Assembly (NCBI RefSeq): GCF_009914755.1
Contig: NC_060927.1
Length of the DNA stretch: 64,000 nt
DNA from: the human T2T-CHM13v2.0 reference genome, Homo sapiens
Strand: one strand, 5' to 3'
Positions 26,076 through 40,789 of this stretch are shown here, one piece after another. The notes below the pieces were generated by a model. The model made no database searches. It was not told where the DNA came from and saw nothing but the letters and a program-made list of their open reading frames with translations. The position numbers were made by a program, and so were the translations under genes. Position 1 is the stretch's first letter; the number at the start of each line of letters is the position of its first letter.

Positions 26076-26497
26076 TATGAGGAAGCTAAAAGAGTCAAAC
26101 TCAAAAGCAGAGGATAGAAAGGTGGTTGCCAGCAGTTGAGGTGAGACAGAAATGGGAAGTTGTCACACAATGTCTTTCGCATTTCATTATACAAAATGAT
26201 TAATTTCTAGTGATCTGCTGTACAGCATAATACCTATTGTGAATAATATGACATTGTACCCTTTAAAACAAGTTCAGAGGAGAGATCTCATATTAAATTT
26301 TCTTAACAGAAAACAAAACACAAAAGGATACAGGAAAATTGGAGGTGATCGATGTTTAGTTTAGTACTTTGATTGTGGTGATGGTATTATGGGTATATGC
26401 ATATACCCAAACTCATCAAAATGTATTATTCATTAAATATGAGCACTTTTTACATATCAACTACACCTCAATAAAGCTTAAAAACAAAAAAAAAATT
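26076..26497 (+). mobile_element. L1MA/L1MB 3' end
   Basis: tatgagg...gtcaaactc...ggtggttgccag...gattgtggtgatggt...tacacctcaataaagct followed by an A tail. Confidence 0.85.
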
Positions 26498-26516
26498 AAA
26501 ACATTTTAAAAACAAT

Positions 26517-26773
26517 AGGCGGACGGATCACGAGGTCAGGAGATCAAGACCATCGTGGCTAACATGGTGAAACCCCATCTCTACTAAAAGTACAAAAAAT
26601 TAGCCGGGCGTGGTGTTGGGCACCTGTAGTCCCAGCTACTCAGGAGGCTGAGGCAGGAGAATGGCGTAAACCCAGGAGGCGGAGCTTGCAGTGAGCCAGG
26701 ATTGTGCCACAGCACTCCAGCCTGGGCCACAGTGCAAGACTCCGTCTCAAAAAGCAAAACAAAACAAAACAAA
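26517..26773 (+). mobile_element. AluY, 5'-truncated
   Basis: AluY diagnostics (ggagatc, gaatggcgt, gagcttgcag). 18-bp TSD aaaacattttaaaaacaa (26498-26515) / aaaatattttaaaaacaa (26774-26791). Confidence 0.95.
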
Positions 26774-27322
26774 AAAATATTTTAAAAACAAGCTTATGGT
26801 CAATGATAAAGGGATGAACGTTCTGTTTGTGTCTCTTAAAGGTATATACAAGTAGACAGTGGACAGTGGGCTTAACTGTCTCTGGGCATATTAGAAGGGT
26901 CTTATTTGTCTGTACCCTGATATCGGAATGGGTGACTCTAAAATAAAAAGACATTTCTGGGTGAGGAGAGAAGCTAACACAGTGATGGGAAGGTGTCAGT
27001 GTGAATTTTGTAAGATGTTACATCAGCACTTGGCTGATAGGTTACCATGGAGTTCATCTCCAAGTATAGAAAACGAGAAGTGTCTTGGAGGTGTGAAGCA
27101 GGAGACCTGTATAGTAGATTGTTAACTCTTTATTTTTCATTTCCAATATCCTAAAACTAGACAACACAGAGCTAGAGATAGGGGTAGAATTTAGGCAAGG
27201 AATGTGGGGCACCTGTTAATAGCTATTAGAAAGCATTTATTGAGAGTAAATAAGCTTCCATCTTGGGATGGACAAAAAAAAAAGTGAAAATAAAGGTGTG
27301 TGCAACTAAGCAAGATAGTATA

Positions 27323-27812
27323 TGTCTTGGTTTGTTTTCTGTGTCAACTTGAGTGGGCTGGGGTGCCTGATTAAACATTGTTTCTGGGTCTAAGAGGGTG
27401 TTTCCACAGGAGATGGATAAGGTGGAATTCCTTCTCCGATGTGGGTACCTATCCTCCAATCGATTGAGAGTCTGACTAGAATAAAAGGTGGAGGAAAAAG
27501 GAATTTGCCCTTTTTTCTTGCTTCACTGCTTGAGCTGGGTCATCTCATCTTCTCCTGCCTTCAAACTGGGATTTATAACCTTGGCTTTTCTGATTGGCCT
27601 TGGCGCTAGTTTTCCTGGGTCTCCAGCTTGCAGACAGGAGATTGTGGACTTCTCAGGCTCTGCAATTACATGGTAACTCAATTTCTAATAATAAACCTCA
27701 ATCTTTCTGTCTCTCTCTCACTCTCCTTTTTCCTTTTTCTTTCTTTTCTTCCCTTATAATCAATGTGTGTGTGTGTGTGTGTGTTTTATTTCTCTAGAGA
27801 ACCCTAATAACA
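27323..27812 (+). mobile_element. MLT2 (ERVL) solo LTR with internal (TC)/(TG)n
   Basis: tgtcaacttgagtgggct...ctccagcttgcagacaggagattgtggacttctcagg...tttctctagagaaccctaataaca. Confidence 0.88.
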
Positions 27813-30289
27813 GTACTGACCAGTAATTAATTTATCTTATTCTTTCTCATACTAAACATAAATGTGTTTGTTTTGTGTGACTATTGCTTTTGATCTGATT
27901 AGAGTAACTGCCATTTGCATATTCATTTTCTGGATCACATAAATTATAAGATACCTAAGTGAGGATAGGGCATTGAACTTTGGGGTTACAGAGGAAGATG
28001 TATCAGTTGAGGGCTTCATGGACCTGCCTGTCAAATGACAATATTTGTAGCTGGCCCCCTTCTTCTCCTCTGTTGTCCTGCTTTAATGCAAACCCTCTGG
28101 ACAAGATGGTGAAGATGGGAATGGAACAGACTTGTCATTACGTCTCCATTTTTGCCATCTTACCCCTACCTCTACACCCTGATATGCTTCAGGATTCTGA
28201 AAAGCTCTTTTTGTATTATACTCTTATAAATCCATTGCTACTGCTAACGACAGCTCAACTCATTATTGATTCATGTAACAGGAGAGTGGAAGGCCTGTAA
28301 GTCAGAAGCTTCATAGTTGCTTACCCTCTCATCCTATACATAATGTCACCTCTTGGTTTAAATGACTGTCACCTGAGAGAAAATGTCTCCAGACAGGATA
28401 CATAGATGATTTGCAGCTCATGAGAAATGACTGGTCTTTGCTGCTGAAGCCTAATGTTAGTATTTGACTAATATTAGATTTTTGGTGAATTTTTACTTTG
28501 CCATTGCTAGTGAGTTTTAAAATATCAAACATATGTCCCTGTTGTTTAAAGAGTTGCACTTTAGAGTGAATTAATGGGAATTTTCACAACACAGTGATCC
28601 TAGAGTTGTGGCAGTTTTTGGTGATATCATTGAAGTTGTCAAGACTCAGCAATGAAGCAAATAAAAGGGATAGTAGTTGTCTAAATGTCTCTGGAATGGC
28701 AGGGGAGAAGTTTTAGCATTTGCAGTGAGAAAAGAAAAAAGTAAAAAAGAATGTATTTACATGTATTTTCCAGCTTCAAAGGGGCTTAATATATGCCAAT
28801 AATAAAAAATTAAGGATCTAAGTGAGTGATGTTTACTCCTTGGACAGTGTATGCTGCAATTCACTAATATGTCAAACACTGAAATTAGGATATCAGTGTT
28901 TCATACAGATGTGTCCCCTCATTTGAGATGGCTATTAAATAGGTATCATATGTCTTTACGAACATGTCTACTAACCTAGGAATGAGGAGAGCCAAATGGT
29001 CTTATCAATATTCTGCTCTCAACTCGATGTATAACTTTGAGCAAGTCAACTTAAAATTGTTTTTCTAGACAAAGTACAAATTTTTTTAACATGATATATG
29101 AGGTCTTATATTGTCTAGCCTATTCAGCCATAGGAAATGACTGCAGTTTTCCAAAATGTATCATGCTTTCCTGTGTTTCCATGGTTGTTGTTTTTTTTTG
29201 GAACACCATGTTGTTTTTTTGTTTGTGGTGTTTTGCTTGGAACTCTGTTTCTCATCTGCCTCATTAACTTCTCCTTGCCTAAGGCAGCTTGGATATGCCC
29301 AATTCTTTTGGTGCCACCATACTCAGCCTATGGTTGTAGCCTTTCAAAATTCTGGATTAATTTAGAAAAGACAGAGAGGCTGGTTCCTTGGGAGACTTGA
29401 TTGATGTTGAAAAACATCCTTCCCTCATGAGAGGACAGGTGAGGCAATGTTCCATACCGGGCTGAGAAAAATATATTAATAAAGAAGTTATAAATAACCT
29501 CTTGCCCATTATTTCTATGACATGCCCATTTTACTTCCGTTACCATGACAACCTGCTTCCCGTGATGAGTAGCTGATCTTTAACAAGAGACAGGAGGGGT
29601 GGACTCTGGTAATTGCCTTTTTTTTTTTTTTTTTTTTGTCATTTTTGACTTCCAGTGAAGTCATACCAACCAATTTCAGTGTTATTTTAATTCGCTGTCA
29701 TTACCACTCACACCAAAAATCCTACAAAGTTTTTATAGGTAGGGAAAGGTTTTATTGATTTTTGTTTTAATCCACTGAGATTTGGTATCATTGCAACGTA
29801 AATCTACCCTGGGCTGACTGATACACCCAAATCCAAAAGAATGAGGTCCATAACTCTGTCCTTTTAAAAACTCCCAGAAAGTTTACAGGCAGGAGGAAAC
29901 TGAATTCCTCCAAGGCAGAAAAGCCTTGTCCAAGGACAAATATCAACCTTATCATGGTTGAGAGGAAAAAGTGTGTTCTCCTAATTATGAGCTCATCATT
30001 TATACCCGTATTTGACATTGGAACGTAAAAGCTTTAATGAAAGAGGAGCTTTTCTTCTTTCCACAAGAGAGACCGGAAAGTTCATGTTTTAAGGACTAGA
30101 ACACACCAGACCTTTAGGATAGGAAAGAAAGAGATTTGAGAAAAGCTATGGATCTTAATTTGGATAGCACATTAGTATCATCTGGAAAGTTTTTTTTAAA
30201 AAAAAAAAAAAAAAAAAAACAATGCACAGGTAAACATTACCTAAGATTCTGATTTATTTGTCCAAGGGTTTGGGACATTTCACAAATAG

Positions 30290-30490
30290 CCTGTGTACTC
30301 TACAGGTTATAGAGTAGATTATTTAACTTATCTATGCCCTCGTTTCCTCATCTGTAAAATAGGGATAATAAGAACAACACCTTTTTAGATGATTGTAAGA
30401 AATGAATGAAATAATTTCCATAAAGTCTTAGAACAATGGCTGAAACAGAAAAATTACCCAATAAAATGTTAGATATTGTGATTCATATTA
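30290..30490 (+). mobile_element. MIR
   Basis: atttaacttatctatgccctcgtttcctcatctgtaaaatagggataata. Confidence 0.85.
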
Positions 30491-30597
30491 TTAATAATTT
30501 TCCCAATTTTCTGTTTGTTGAAATAGTCCCTTAGAGAAAGGGTTGACAGTTTAAATTCAATACCTGTTTCAGTTAGGATTTAGTTTCTTCACTCAGA

Positions 30598-30730
30598 GTA
30601 AATGTTAAGGTTCTTAAGAGCAGGGGCAATGGCTTACTTATTCCTGTATTTTCCTAGTGCCTAGTCCTGGGTGGATACTGAAGGATGTTCAATACATATA
30701 TATCAGACAACTAGATGAACCAACAAATCA
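30598..30730 (+). mobile_element. L2 3' end
   Basis: aagagcaggggcaatgg...ctagtgcctag...gttcaatacatat. Confidence 0.55.
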
Positions 30731-31390
30731 AGGCATAGCTAACATCACTGAGCAGTTATTCAAAATAATATCAGGATAGAATCTGGACAGAGCTAATACT
30801 TGAAAAGTACAAATTCCTGTAACACCAGAAAGGACTTAACAAATATGGAGGCTCTATGCTTTCATAATTTTGCAAAAGGAAATAGGTCAGATAGACAAAA
30901 GCTCAGCTAGACAAGAAAAAGGGCCATTATTTTGTCTACTTAAAGGAAGGAGAGAAAACAAGAGTTTTGAGTGGATAACTGGTAGATAAAGAAAAATAGC
31001 ATGGAAAAAAGCCAGAAAGTAGAAAATCACTGGGGCAAAAAAAAAGCCTCAGATTTGAATTCCTAGAAAAGTTGGATTTAAATTCTGATCTTATCACTTA
31101 CTTGCAGAGTGATAATGAAATTGATTTCTAATTTTTAAAATGGGAAAATATAACAAACATTGACATATATAATCATATTTAATCATCACAATATGTTAAC
31201 ATGTCTATTTCAGGGCCTTGAATATTGTACGTTTCTAAAAACTTTTAGTTGAACCTAAAATATATTTAAATTCTTCTCAGCTATTGCAAGATTTGCCAGT
31301 GTTTGATGTATTTTCATTAAAATATAAGTTTTTGGCAATACAAAGAAACTTTCAAGCATTAGAGCTGCCCAATAGTTAAAGAACTATTTT

Positions 31391-33231
<1,841 letters not shown>

Positions 33232-33578
33232 CTATTTTAGATTATATTAACTTCACACTTCTTACACAAAGTATTCAAGCAAATTTCCATTAAAAAGTAT
33301 TCTTATATCTCTAATAATAGGTCTTACATCATTAGTATAGAAATTTGGAATAGTGATTTGTATATCACAGACCATAAACTATTTTACATACATTTTTATT
33401 ACATAGCAACTGGAGTGGGAAGGGAGGCTCAATTTAAGAAAATTCTGAGAGCTTTTTCCAAACATTATAGTTCTCAATAATAACAAAGCTCAATCAAATG
33501 TAAGTTCCACCCATGCTTAAGTTCTTAATAAATTGATCACATTGCTCCAGGTATATAAATGTCTGTGTGTATAAATGC

Positions 33579-33770
33579 CAGGTAAGAAAACATTTTTCTG
33601 TAGAGTCCTAAAGTAAATATGGTCCTGTGAGCCATAAAATCTTAATCCCAAGTACTCAATTCTGCCATTGTGTGATGAAAGCATCTACAATGAATGGGTG
33701 TGGCTGTGTTTCAATAAAACTTTATTGTCAGTAATAGCTAGACTGATTTGATTGTTAACCTTACTATGAA
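33579..33770 (+). mobile_element. MER58A-like hAT-Charlie
   Basis: tactcaattctgccattgt...aatgaatgggtgtggctgtgtttcaataaaactttatt. Confidence 0.75.
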
Positions 33771-33829
33771 CCTGTTTGTCACCTTCACCTTATTTGGTGT
33801 TTTTCTCAGACATAAATGCTGAGGAAAGG

Positions 33830-34025
33830 AGGGCTAATTTGGAGTTGGAAAACTTGGTCAGACCTCATGTCCTGGGCCATCTATCTCCTAAACGTATGTC
33901 ATGGAACAGGAGATCTCAGCTTTTCTGAGACTCATTTTTTTTCTGCCTCACAATTGTTGCAAAGATCAAATGAACAGGGCAAATGATAGAGAAAAATTGT
34001 AGACTGCAAGGTGCAATATAAACCT
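33830..34025 (+). mobile_element. MIR
   Basis: gctaatttggagttggaaaacttgg...ctgcctcacaattgttgcaaagatcaaatga. Confidence 0.55.
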
Positions 34026-34516
34026 GGATTTCTTTGGTAGCCAAGGGAGCTATCATGGTGATTTTTAGAGGAGACAAAGATGTGACTCAGAATTATCCTA
34101 ATCTTTTATGTGCAAGGATAAAATAGAGAAAGGGAGCATTTTATTCAGAGATGCTTACCCTATAAACAACTTGATCCTGAGAGCACAGGTCTGTGAGACA
34201 ATGGTATTAAACAAAACAAATCCTCCACGCAAATAATGACTTTACATAATTTCTAAGTGTCAAGAACTATTTTTTAATAAAAGCCAAGAGTATGTAGAAA
34301 TTAGAAAAATCAGTGAGAGAAATAATATTGTGAACTTATTATTAAATTATTATTTGAAAAAATAATTGTCGATTAATGCTTAAAAACCCAGTTTTAAGAA
34401 ACATGATATTCAACAAGAAGGTTGATTAAATTTTAGAAGAAATGCCTGTGTGTCCATTATTAATCCTTCATTTTAATGTTTATTAGATCAGTTGCTACAG
34501 CTTTCTTAAAATTTCC

Positions 34517-34631
34517 TACATCTATATATATACATCTATATGTACATCTATATATATACATCTATATATATATACATCTATATATATACATCTATATATA
34601 TATATATATACACATACACATCTATATATAT
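34517..34631. repeat. Compound [TACATC(TA)n] micro/minisatellite
   Basis: Six TACATC units plus a CACATC variant, separated by variable TA runs. Confidence 0.95.
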
Positions 34632-35699
34632 CCATTATTTTTATTTTGTCTTATAAAAGGTACTTTGAAAGCGTACATATAACTTCCAATGACTCAAGGG
34701 CTAGCGAAAAGTTAAATATTATTGAGCAATCCACTGAACTTTTTTTTTCTGTTGCTGAAGTCACTGTGGTTGGATCTGTCAGAGGTTATGCGCCAGACTG
34801 ATTAATAAGATGTGATGGTTGCTGTTTGACTGAAGAGGAGAAAATTCAAACATATGAATATTGAAGATATTATAGGCACAGATCTTGAGGCTCAAGACTG
34901 AGAGAGGAAGAAAAGAAAGCCAGCCAACAGAATAGGCCGTGTGGATTGAAGTGTATCAGCTAATATTCAATATAGGACATTTGAGGAGCCAAACATTACA
35001 AATATTTGTTGTTTCTAAATCAAATCTAATTTAGCTCTGAGCCCCGACTTCCCAAAAGTGGCATAAAGTTTAATAGCAGTTTTATTAATGTTTAAAAATG
35101 ATGTCATTAAGCTGAAATTTATTTAGACCATTATGATATTGTCTCATATAGTATCCAAGTATTCATTTTATTCAAGAAAATCACTAATAGTGAGAAAAAT
35201 ATGATATATGAGTTTCAATTTTAACCTTGATATATTTACTAAATTTGTGCTGCTGGAAAGGTGTTTAAATCCCTTAAGTCTCAAGTTCCTTTCTATATAA
35301 GTAATACAAATCACAGCTATTTGACCAGCACATGGCAATTTCTTATAATGTATTAGATATCATTTCAATTTTACTTGATCTGTCTGACATTTCATTACAG
35401 ACTTAAATTGATCTATTTCCATCCATTATTAGTATCTTTAAGAATTTAAAAACCTCATTTATGGTACTCTTTTCAGAAAAATATAAGCAGAAGTAGAGCG
35501 AGTTCCTCTAGTCTAGAACTAGGCAAAATTTCTCTGTCCTTAACCCTACTAAATCCATTGTATAACGTGAATGGCCATTGACTGTGATATTACTTCCACA
35601 TAAGGATAAATTAAAACAAAACTAATTGCTGTCTCATTTAATGTTGCCATTATTCCATCAGAGGAAAAAAAAATTATTACCTTTTCTATTTCCTCCACA

Positions 35700-35771
35700 G
35701 AAGAGAGTTAGGCCTTTGTATCCTTCAGCTCTGGAAGAGAGTTAGGCCTCTGTATCCTTCAGCTCTGGAAG
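35700..35771. repeat. 34-bp tandem duplication
   Basis: gaagagagttaggcct[t/c]tgtatccttcagctctg twice, 33/34 identical. Confidence 0.97.
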
Positions 35772-36339
35772 GAGAATAAATCAACTGTTCCAGTGAAAGT
35801 TTAGATTCATGGAAGCAGTGTGGATGATTTCTTTCAGAAGGGGAGAACTCTGAAGTTGTGGTTGGAGAAGCGTGAGATAGGCCTACAAGATGGATCCTTT
35901 AAGACTGGGAGTACAGAGAGAGCCACTGCTGTGAGAGTAGGAAGGACCTGTGCCTTCCTTATTCATGGTGCCCCCTCTTCCGATAGGCTCCTGCATTTGG
36001 CATGGAGGAAGAGCATGCCACATGCAGAGTGGTCCTACCTCAATGAGTGTCTCAGCCATGGTCAGAATGAGTCACTGACCAAAGGCCTCTTCTTCTTTGT
36101 TCCCTTTGGATACATAAGCAACGGAGGAATGTTACAACTTAAGAGAGGAAGAAGAAGCCATAAACATAATGGATGAATAATGAGGAATATTTCTTTCTGC
36201 TGTTATGGTGAAATCTTCAGAATATATTCTTCATTTAAAAAACTGAAGTTATAGTATACTTTTCATAAAAATGAAGCAATATAACACCTACATTTTAATA
36301 AATGTAAACAAAAATACCCAGAGTGATTTATTCATTGTG

Positions 36340-37000
36340 TTGAGGGAGAGATAATTGAAGAAAAAGTAATATAGGGAAAAGAATAGAGAGTGTGCTGTGG
36401 TTTTAGATACAGTGGTCCAAGAATCCTCTCTGAGGTGTGGCATTTAAGCTGACTCATGGACCAAGTGAGCCAGGGGTTAACAGGGAGAAGAGTATTTCTG
36501 GATAGGGACCTGTGGGATGTGCTTAAGCCCATGAGGCTAGAAGGGAATTAGTCAAACATGAAGTGAAAGAAGATACACTTGGAGAAGTGGGTTTGTGTCT
36601 GATCACTCAGGGCCTTGTGAGCCAGGGTAGGGGTTTGTGTTTCCATTGGAAGGTATTGACCAGAGAAGGGACATGAACTACCTGATTTATATTCGGAAAA
36701 AAAATTCCTTCTAGCTTTTGGGTGGAGAGGACTGCATAAGGCCTATGAGTGCTCTAGGCCAGAGACTGCTGTAATTTCCACAGGAGACGTGATATTGCCT
36801 CAGAATGGGAATCATGGGTAGAAAATACGGTAGGATATGATAGTGTTTTAAAGTTGGAGCTGTCAAACTGGAAGTGGTCTGTGAGAAAAGAGGAATCAAT
36901 GAGGACTCTTAAGATATTTTTGTGCAGAGCCAACTATCTGGGTAAACGAAGATGCCTTTTATTGAGATGGAAATGAGTTCTGGAGATGCAACAAGAAAAG
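36340..37000 (-). mobile_element. L2
   Basis: ctctctgaggtgtggcatttaagctga...gatcactcagggccttgtgagcca...gatgccttttattgagatgg. Confidence 0.75.
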
Positions 37001-37799
37001 AATCAGGGATAACATATCTTTATTTTTTATTTGTACCATAAATATTCCCCAGGAAAAAAGTGTCCTCGATGAGGTTTTTTGCTTGTTTGTTTGTTATTTT
37101 GTTTTGTTTTGGAGAGGGGAGATTAATATTATTGCTACAGCATAATAATTTTATTGGAATCATGAAACATTTTGAAAGTACAGGGCCTTCTCAATTCTAC
37201 CAAATTTAAAAATATTTGGTAATTAGTTCATGCTTACCACAGCCTGACAGCCTTTGCAACTTCTCACAATTTCCATAGTAAGTTTTTAAAAAATAACAGC
37301 AAGGCCTCTTTAAAATATTTTACTTAAACATACAAGGCATGCATTTATATTTGAAAAATTTCTGTCCTGTTTTAAAAAATCAAATCAGAGCACTGGTTTA
37401 AGATTTTTGTTTGTTTGTTATTTTCATTTGTTTATTGCACCTGTAACCTTAGATAGGTTTTTAAGTTAGTTTGATAGTCCAAAAATAATTAGCAGCATTC
37501 ACAGAAAGACAAATTCAATTTTCTCCCCATCCCAATATGTATATTGACTGTACAATCCTCTCTGTCCTCCTAAATAGTTTTATTCTTTTGTAAGTCAGTT
37601 GGAAAACTTATTTTTAAGTTCCAACATTCTCAAGATTCTCTATTGTAAAAGTGTATTAAAATAAAGACTAAGCCTCAGGAATCTCTGAACAGAGAGTCAG
37701 CTAGGCTTCAACAAAAGTCTCATCTAAACCCTCTTGACAGAATAGAGAGATGGGAAGGGCCTCTTGCAACAGCTATTAGTTGCTGTGGCCTAGAATTGA

Positions 37800-38270
37800 T
37801 GTGTCTTTTCTGCTTATAACCCATTGTCTGGACAAATCTTACTGACTTAAACAACCACTTATTTTGCTCTCAATCTTTAATTGGAACAGGACTTGAAGAA
37901 ATGACTCCTCTCCTATTCATGTAGTGTCAGCCCCAGGAGCTCACCTTGGCTGGAGAATCCACCTCCAAGATACCTTACTTAGACGGTATGCAATTTCATG
38001 TTGGTGGACAACTAGGGAATATTTTCTCCACATGGGCCTCTTCATATCACTTCTTCCTCACAGCATGGCAACTGGGTTCCAAGACTGTGCATTTGAAAAG
38101 ACAGGAAGTAGGTATTACCAGTGTCTTAAGACCTAGGTCCAGATGCTGGCACTGCGTCACTTCTAAGTTCCATAAGTCAAGGCAATCACACAGCCCACTC
38201 AGATTTGCATAAAGAAGATATAGGCTCCTGGTCTTGTTGGGTGAAATGTTACATACTGTGTGGCCATGAT
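37800..38270 (-). mobile_element. MLT1 (MLT1F/H-like) LTR
   Basis: gacttaaacaaccacttattttgctc...ggctggagaatccacctccaagat...cctcacagcatggcaactgggttcc. Confidence 0.75.
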
Positions 38271-38321
38271 AAGTGCAGATTTCAAGTACAGTTTTGCTGT
38301 CTCTAAAGACATAAGGATAAG

Positions 38322-39100
38322 AAACAACAAAAACAAAAATTGTCGAGTGGGACCTAATTAAAGAGGTTCTGCACAGCAAAAGAAATTATCAATGGAGTAA
38401 ACAGACAACCTACAGAAAGGGAGAAAATATTCAAATACTATGGATCCAATAAAGGTCTAATATCCAGAATCTGTAAGGAATTTAAAAATTGAACAAGTGA
38501 AAAACAAATAACCCCATAAAAATTGGGCCAAAGACATGAACAAACACTTATCAAAAGAAGACATACAAGGGGCCAACAAACATATGACAAAATGCTCATC
38601 ATTGCTAATCACCAGAAAAATGCAAATCAAATCACAACAAGATACCATCTCACAGCAGTCAGAATGGCTTGTGTTAAAGAGTCAAAAAAACAACACATGC
38701 TTGTGAGGTTGTGGAGAAAAGGAAATGCTCACATTGTTCAGCCATAGAAAGGAACAAAAGCATACCCTTCGCAGCAACATGGATGCAGCTGGAGGCCATT
38801 ATAAGTGAATTAACACAGGAAAAGAAAACCAAACGTCACATGTTCTCACTTAGAAGTAGGAGCTAAACCTCCTAAACATCGAGCACTCACAGACATAAAG
38901 ACAGGAACGACAGATACTGGGAGGGAAGGGGGCAAGGATAGAAAAACTATTAGGTACCGTGCTCACTACCTGGGTGACAGGATCAATCATACCCCAAACC
39001 TCAGCATCACACAACATACCCAGGTAACAAGCCTGCTCATGTACCCCCTGAATCTAAAATAAAAGTTGAAGTTATTTAGAAAAATAAAAGATAAAAAAGA
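38322..39100 (+). mobile_element. L1PA15/16- or L1PB-like 3' portion with internal deletion near 38738
   Basis: ORF2 3' region (acagacaacctacagaa...), 3' UTR (gctcactacctgggtgacagg...ccccaaacctcagcatcac...aatctaaaataaaagttg) and A-rich tail. Confidence 0.9.
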
Positions 39101-39174
39101 TGATTAAACGAAGTCCCTTTTATCTGATGTGTATTTATTAGGCAACTTGCAAATATAAATGTGTGCCAAATCAC

Positions 39175-39628
39175 TGAACAAATAAAGGTCTATTCAGTTA
39201 TGTAAATAAAACTTCAATAAATACATTCTGGAAAAACTAAATAGAGACAGAGCAACTTTTAATGGGGCTGAAGATAGTGTATTAGGAGTGGATGGATAAA
39301 GCTTGCTGGAGGAAATGGCATTTAACATAGATTAAAACTGTTGAAGACTGAAAACTAAAATCACAGGCAAAGCGTATCATTTGGTGTTAATGTATCAACA
39401 AAGAATTTTAAAGGTGGAAATGCAGGCCTAAGTTATCCCATGGCCAGGAGTCAGATCTGACTGTAATTTAAAGCATATAGTATAAGACTGGAAAGAGGAA
39501 TGAGAGAAGATCTGTTTTGAAGAGCTTCACATGCAATGCTTTTTTGCCAATGTTTGCCAAGAATTGAACAAATAAAGGCCTATTCAGTTATATAAATCAA
39601 ACTTCAATAAATACATTCTGGAAATACT
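39175..39628. repeat. Dispersed direct repeat, 64-bp core, offset 390 bp
   Basis: 39175-39238 vs 39565-39628, 60/64 identical. Confidence 0.95.
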
Positions 39629-40287
39629 CAACATTGCATTAGCAGGTGAACTAGTGGGGGAATTGTATTTTATTTGGTCTACTTCGGCATGTTAATTTTC
39701 AAATAATTTTGAAGACCATTTGGATAAAAATGGCCACACTATGAAAAAGTTGTCTCTCTTCCTGTGACGAAGCATAACTTCCTCTCATCTCTTCAGCTCT
39801 GAGTGATGTTACTTTGCCAACCTCTATTTCTGGAAGTTCTGTATCCTCTCCTGGTAGTCTCAGAACGAACTCTTCTTGCTATAATGCAGCATTTCAACCC
39901 CAATTTCAAAGGAATAAAGTAAACATCTCACTGAAATACTTCAATAAATCCCTGTGTTTTTGATTTGATAAGATCATGAGCATGCATTGTACACTAGAAT
40001 GGCTTACCTTATCTGCTTGGAAAAGTAGCTTGAGTTATTTCTAAAATTCACAAATTATATAGAAAAAACACAAGTGTGCTCTCTGTTTTCTTGGTCATTT
40101 TTAAAGAAGTTGATAAACTATGTAGATGTTGCATTTATATGTTTGACTTCTCTTTGTCCCTTGAAGTTTAAACTCACAAAATCAATTACCTGCCTGTCGT
40201 CTTCTCTTAGTGGTCATAAAGGCACATTAACTTAATAGGTTCAAAATCCGACACCAAATTTTTGATGAAAGTTTAGTTGTTCTTAAC

Positions 40288-40741
40288 GCAGTGGTTTTTA
40301 AATTGTGGACCTCAAAAAGGCATGTCTATATTCTAATATCAAGAACCTATAAACATAAGCTTATTTGGAATAAGGGTCTTGGCAGATGTAATCAAGTTAA
40401 GAATTTCGAGATGGGGTAATCTAGGGTTATCTGGGTGGAACCTAGATCCAATCAAAGGTGACCTCATAAAAGACATCAGGGAGAAGACACAGCCCTTCTG
40501 TGAAGATCATGTGGAAACAGAGGCAGAAATTAGAATTCTGCTGTCACAACCAAAAATGTCTGGAGCTTCCAGAAGCTGGAAGAGACACGGAACAATTGTC
40601 CCACGGAACTTTCGGAGGGAACCCTGCTTATACCTTGATTTTTGACAACTGGCCTCCAGAACTTCAAGAAAACAAATTTCCGTTGTTTTGAGCCACCCAG
40701 TTAGTGGTAATGGGTTATAGCGGCCCTAGAACACTAACATA
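40288..40741 (+). mobile_element. MLT1B-like MaLR LTR
   Basis: cttatttggaataagggtcttggcagatgtaatcaagttaag...ccagaagctggaagag...ggcctccagaac...gccacccagtt. Confidence 0.88.
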
Positions 40742-40789
40742 GACTTATCTCAGTAAATGTCCCAGGAGCCAACATTTTTACATCGCTTA

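Noticed and set aside
30190-30219. T8-A22 hairpin or retroposed tail
   Set aside because: Best explained as homopolymer expansion at a TTAAAA site in a MER5-like fragment; no TSD or body.
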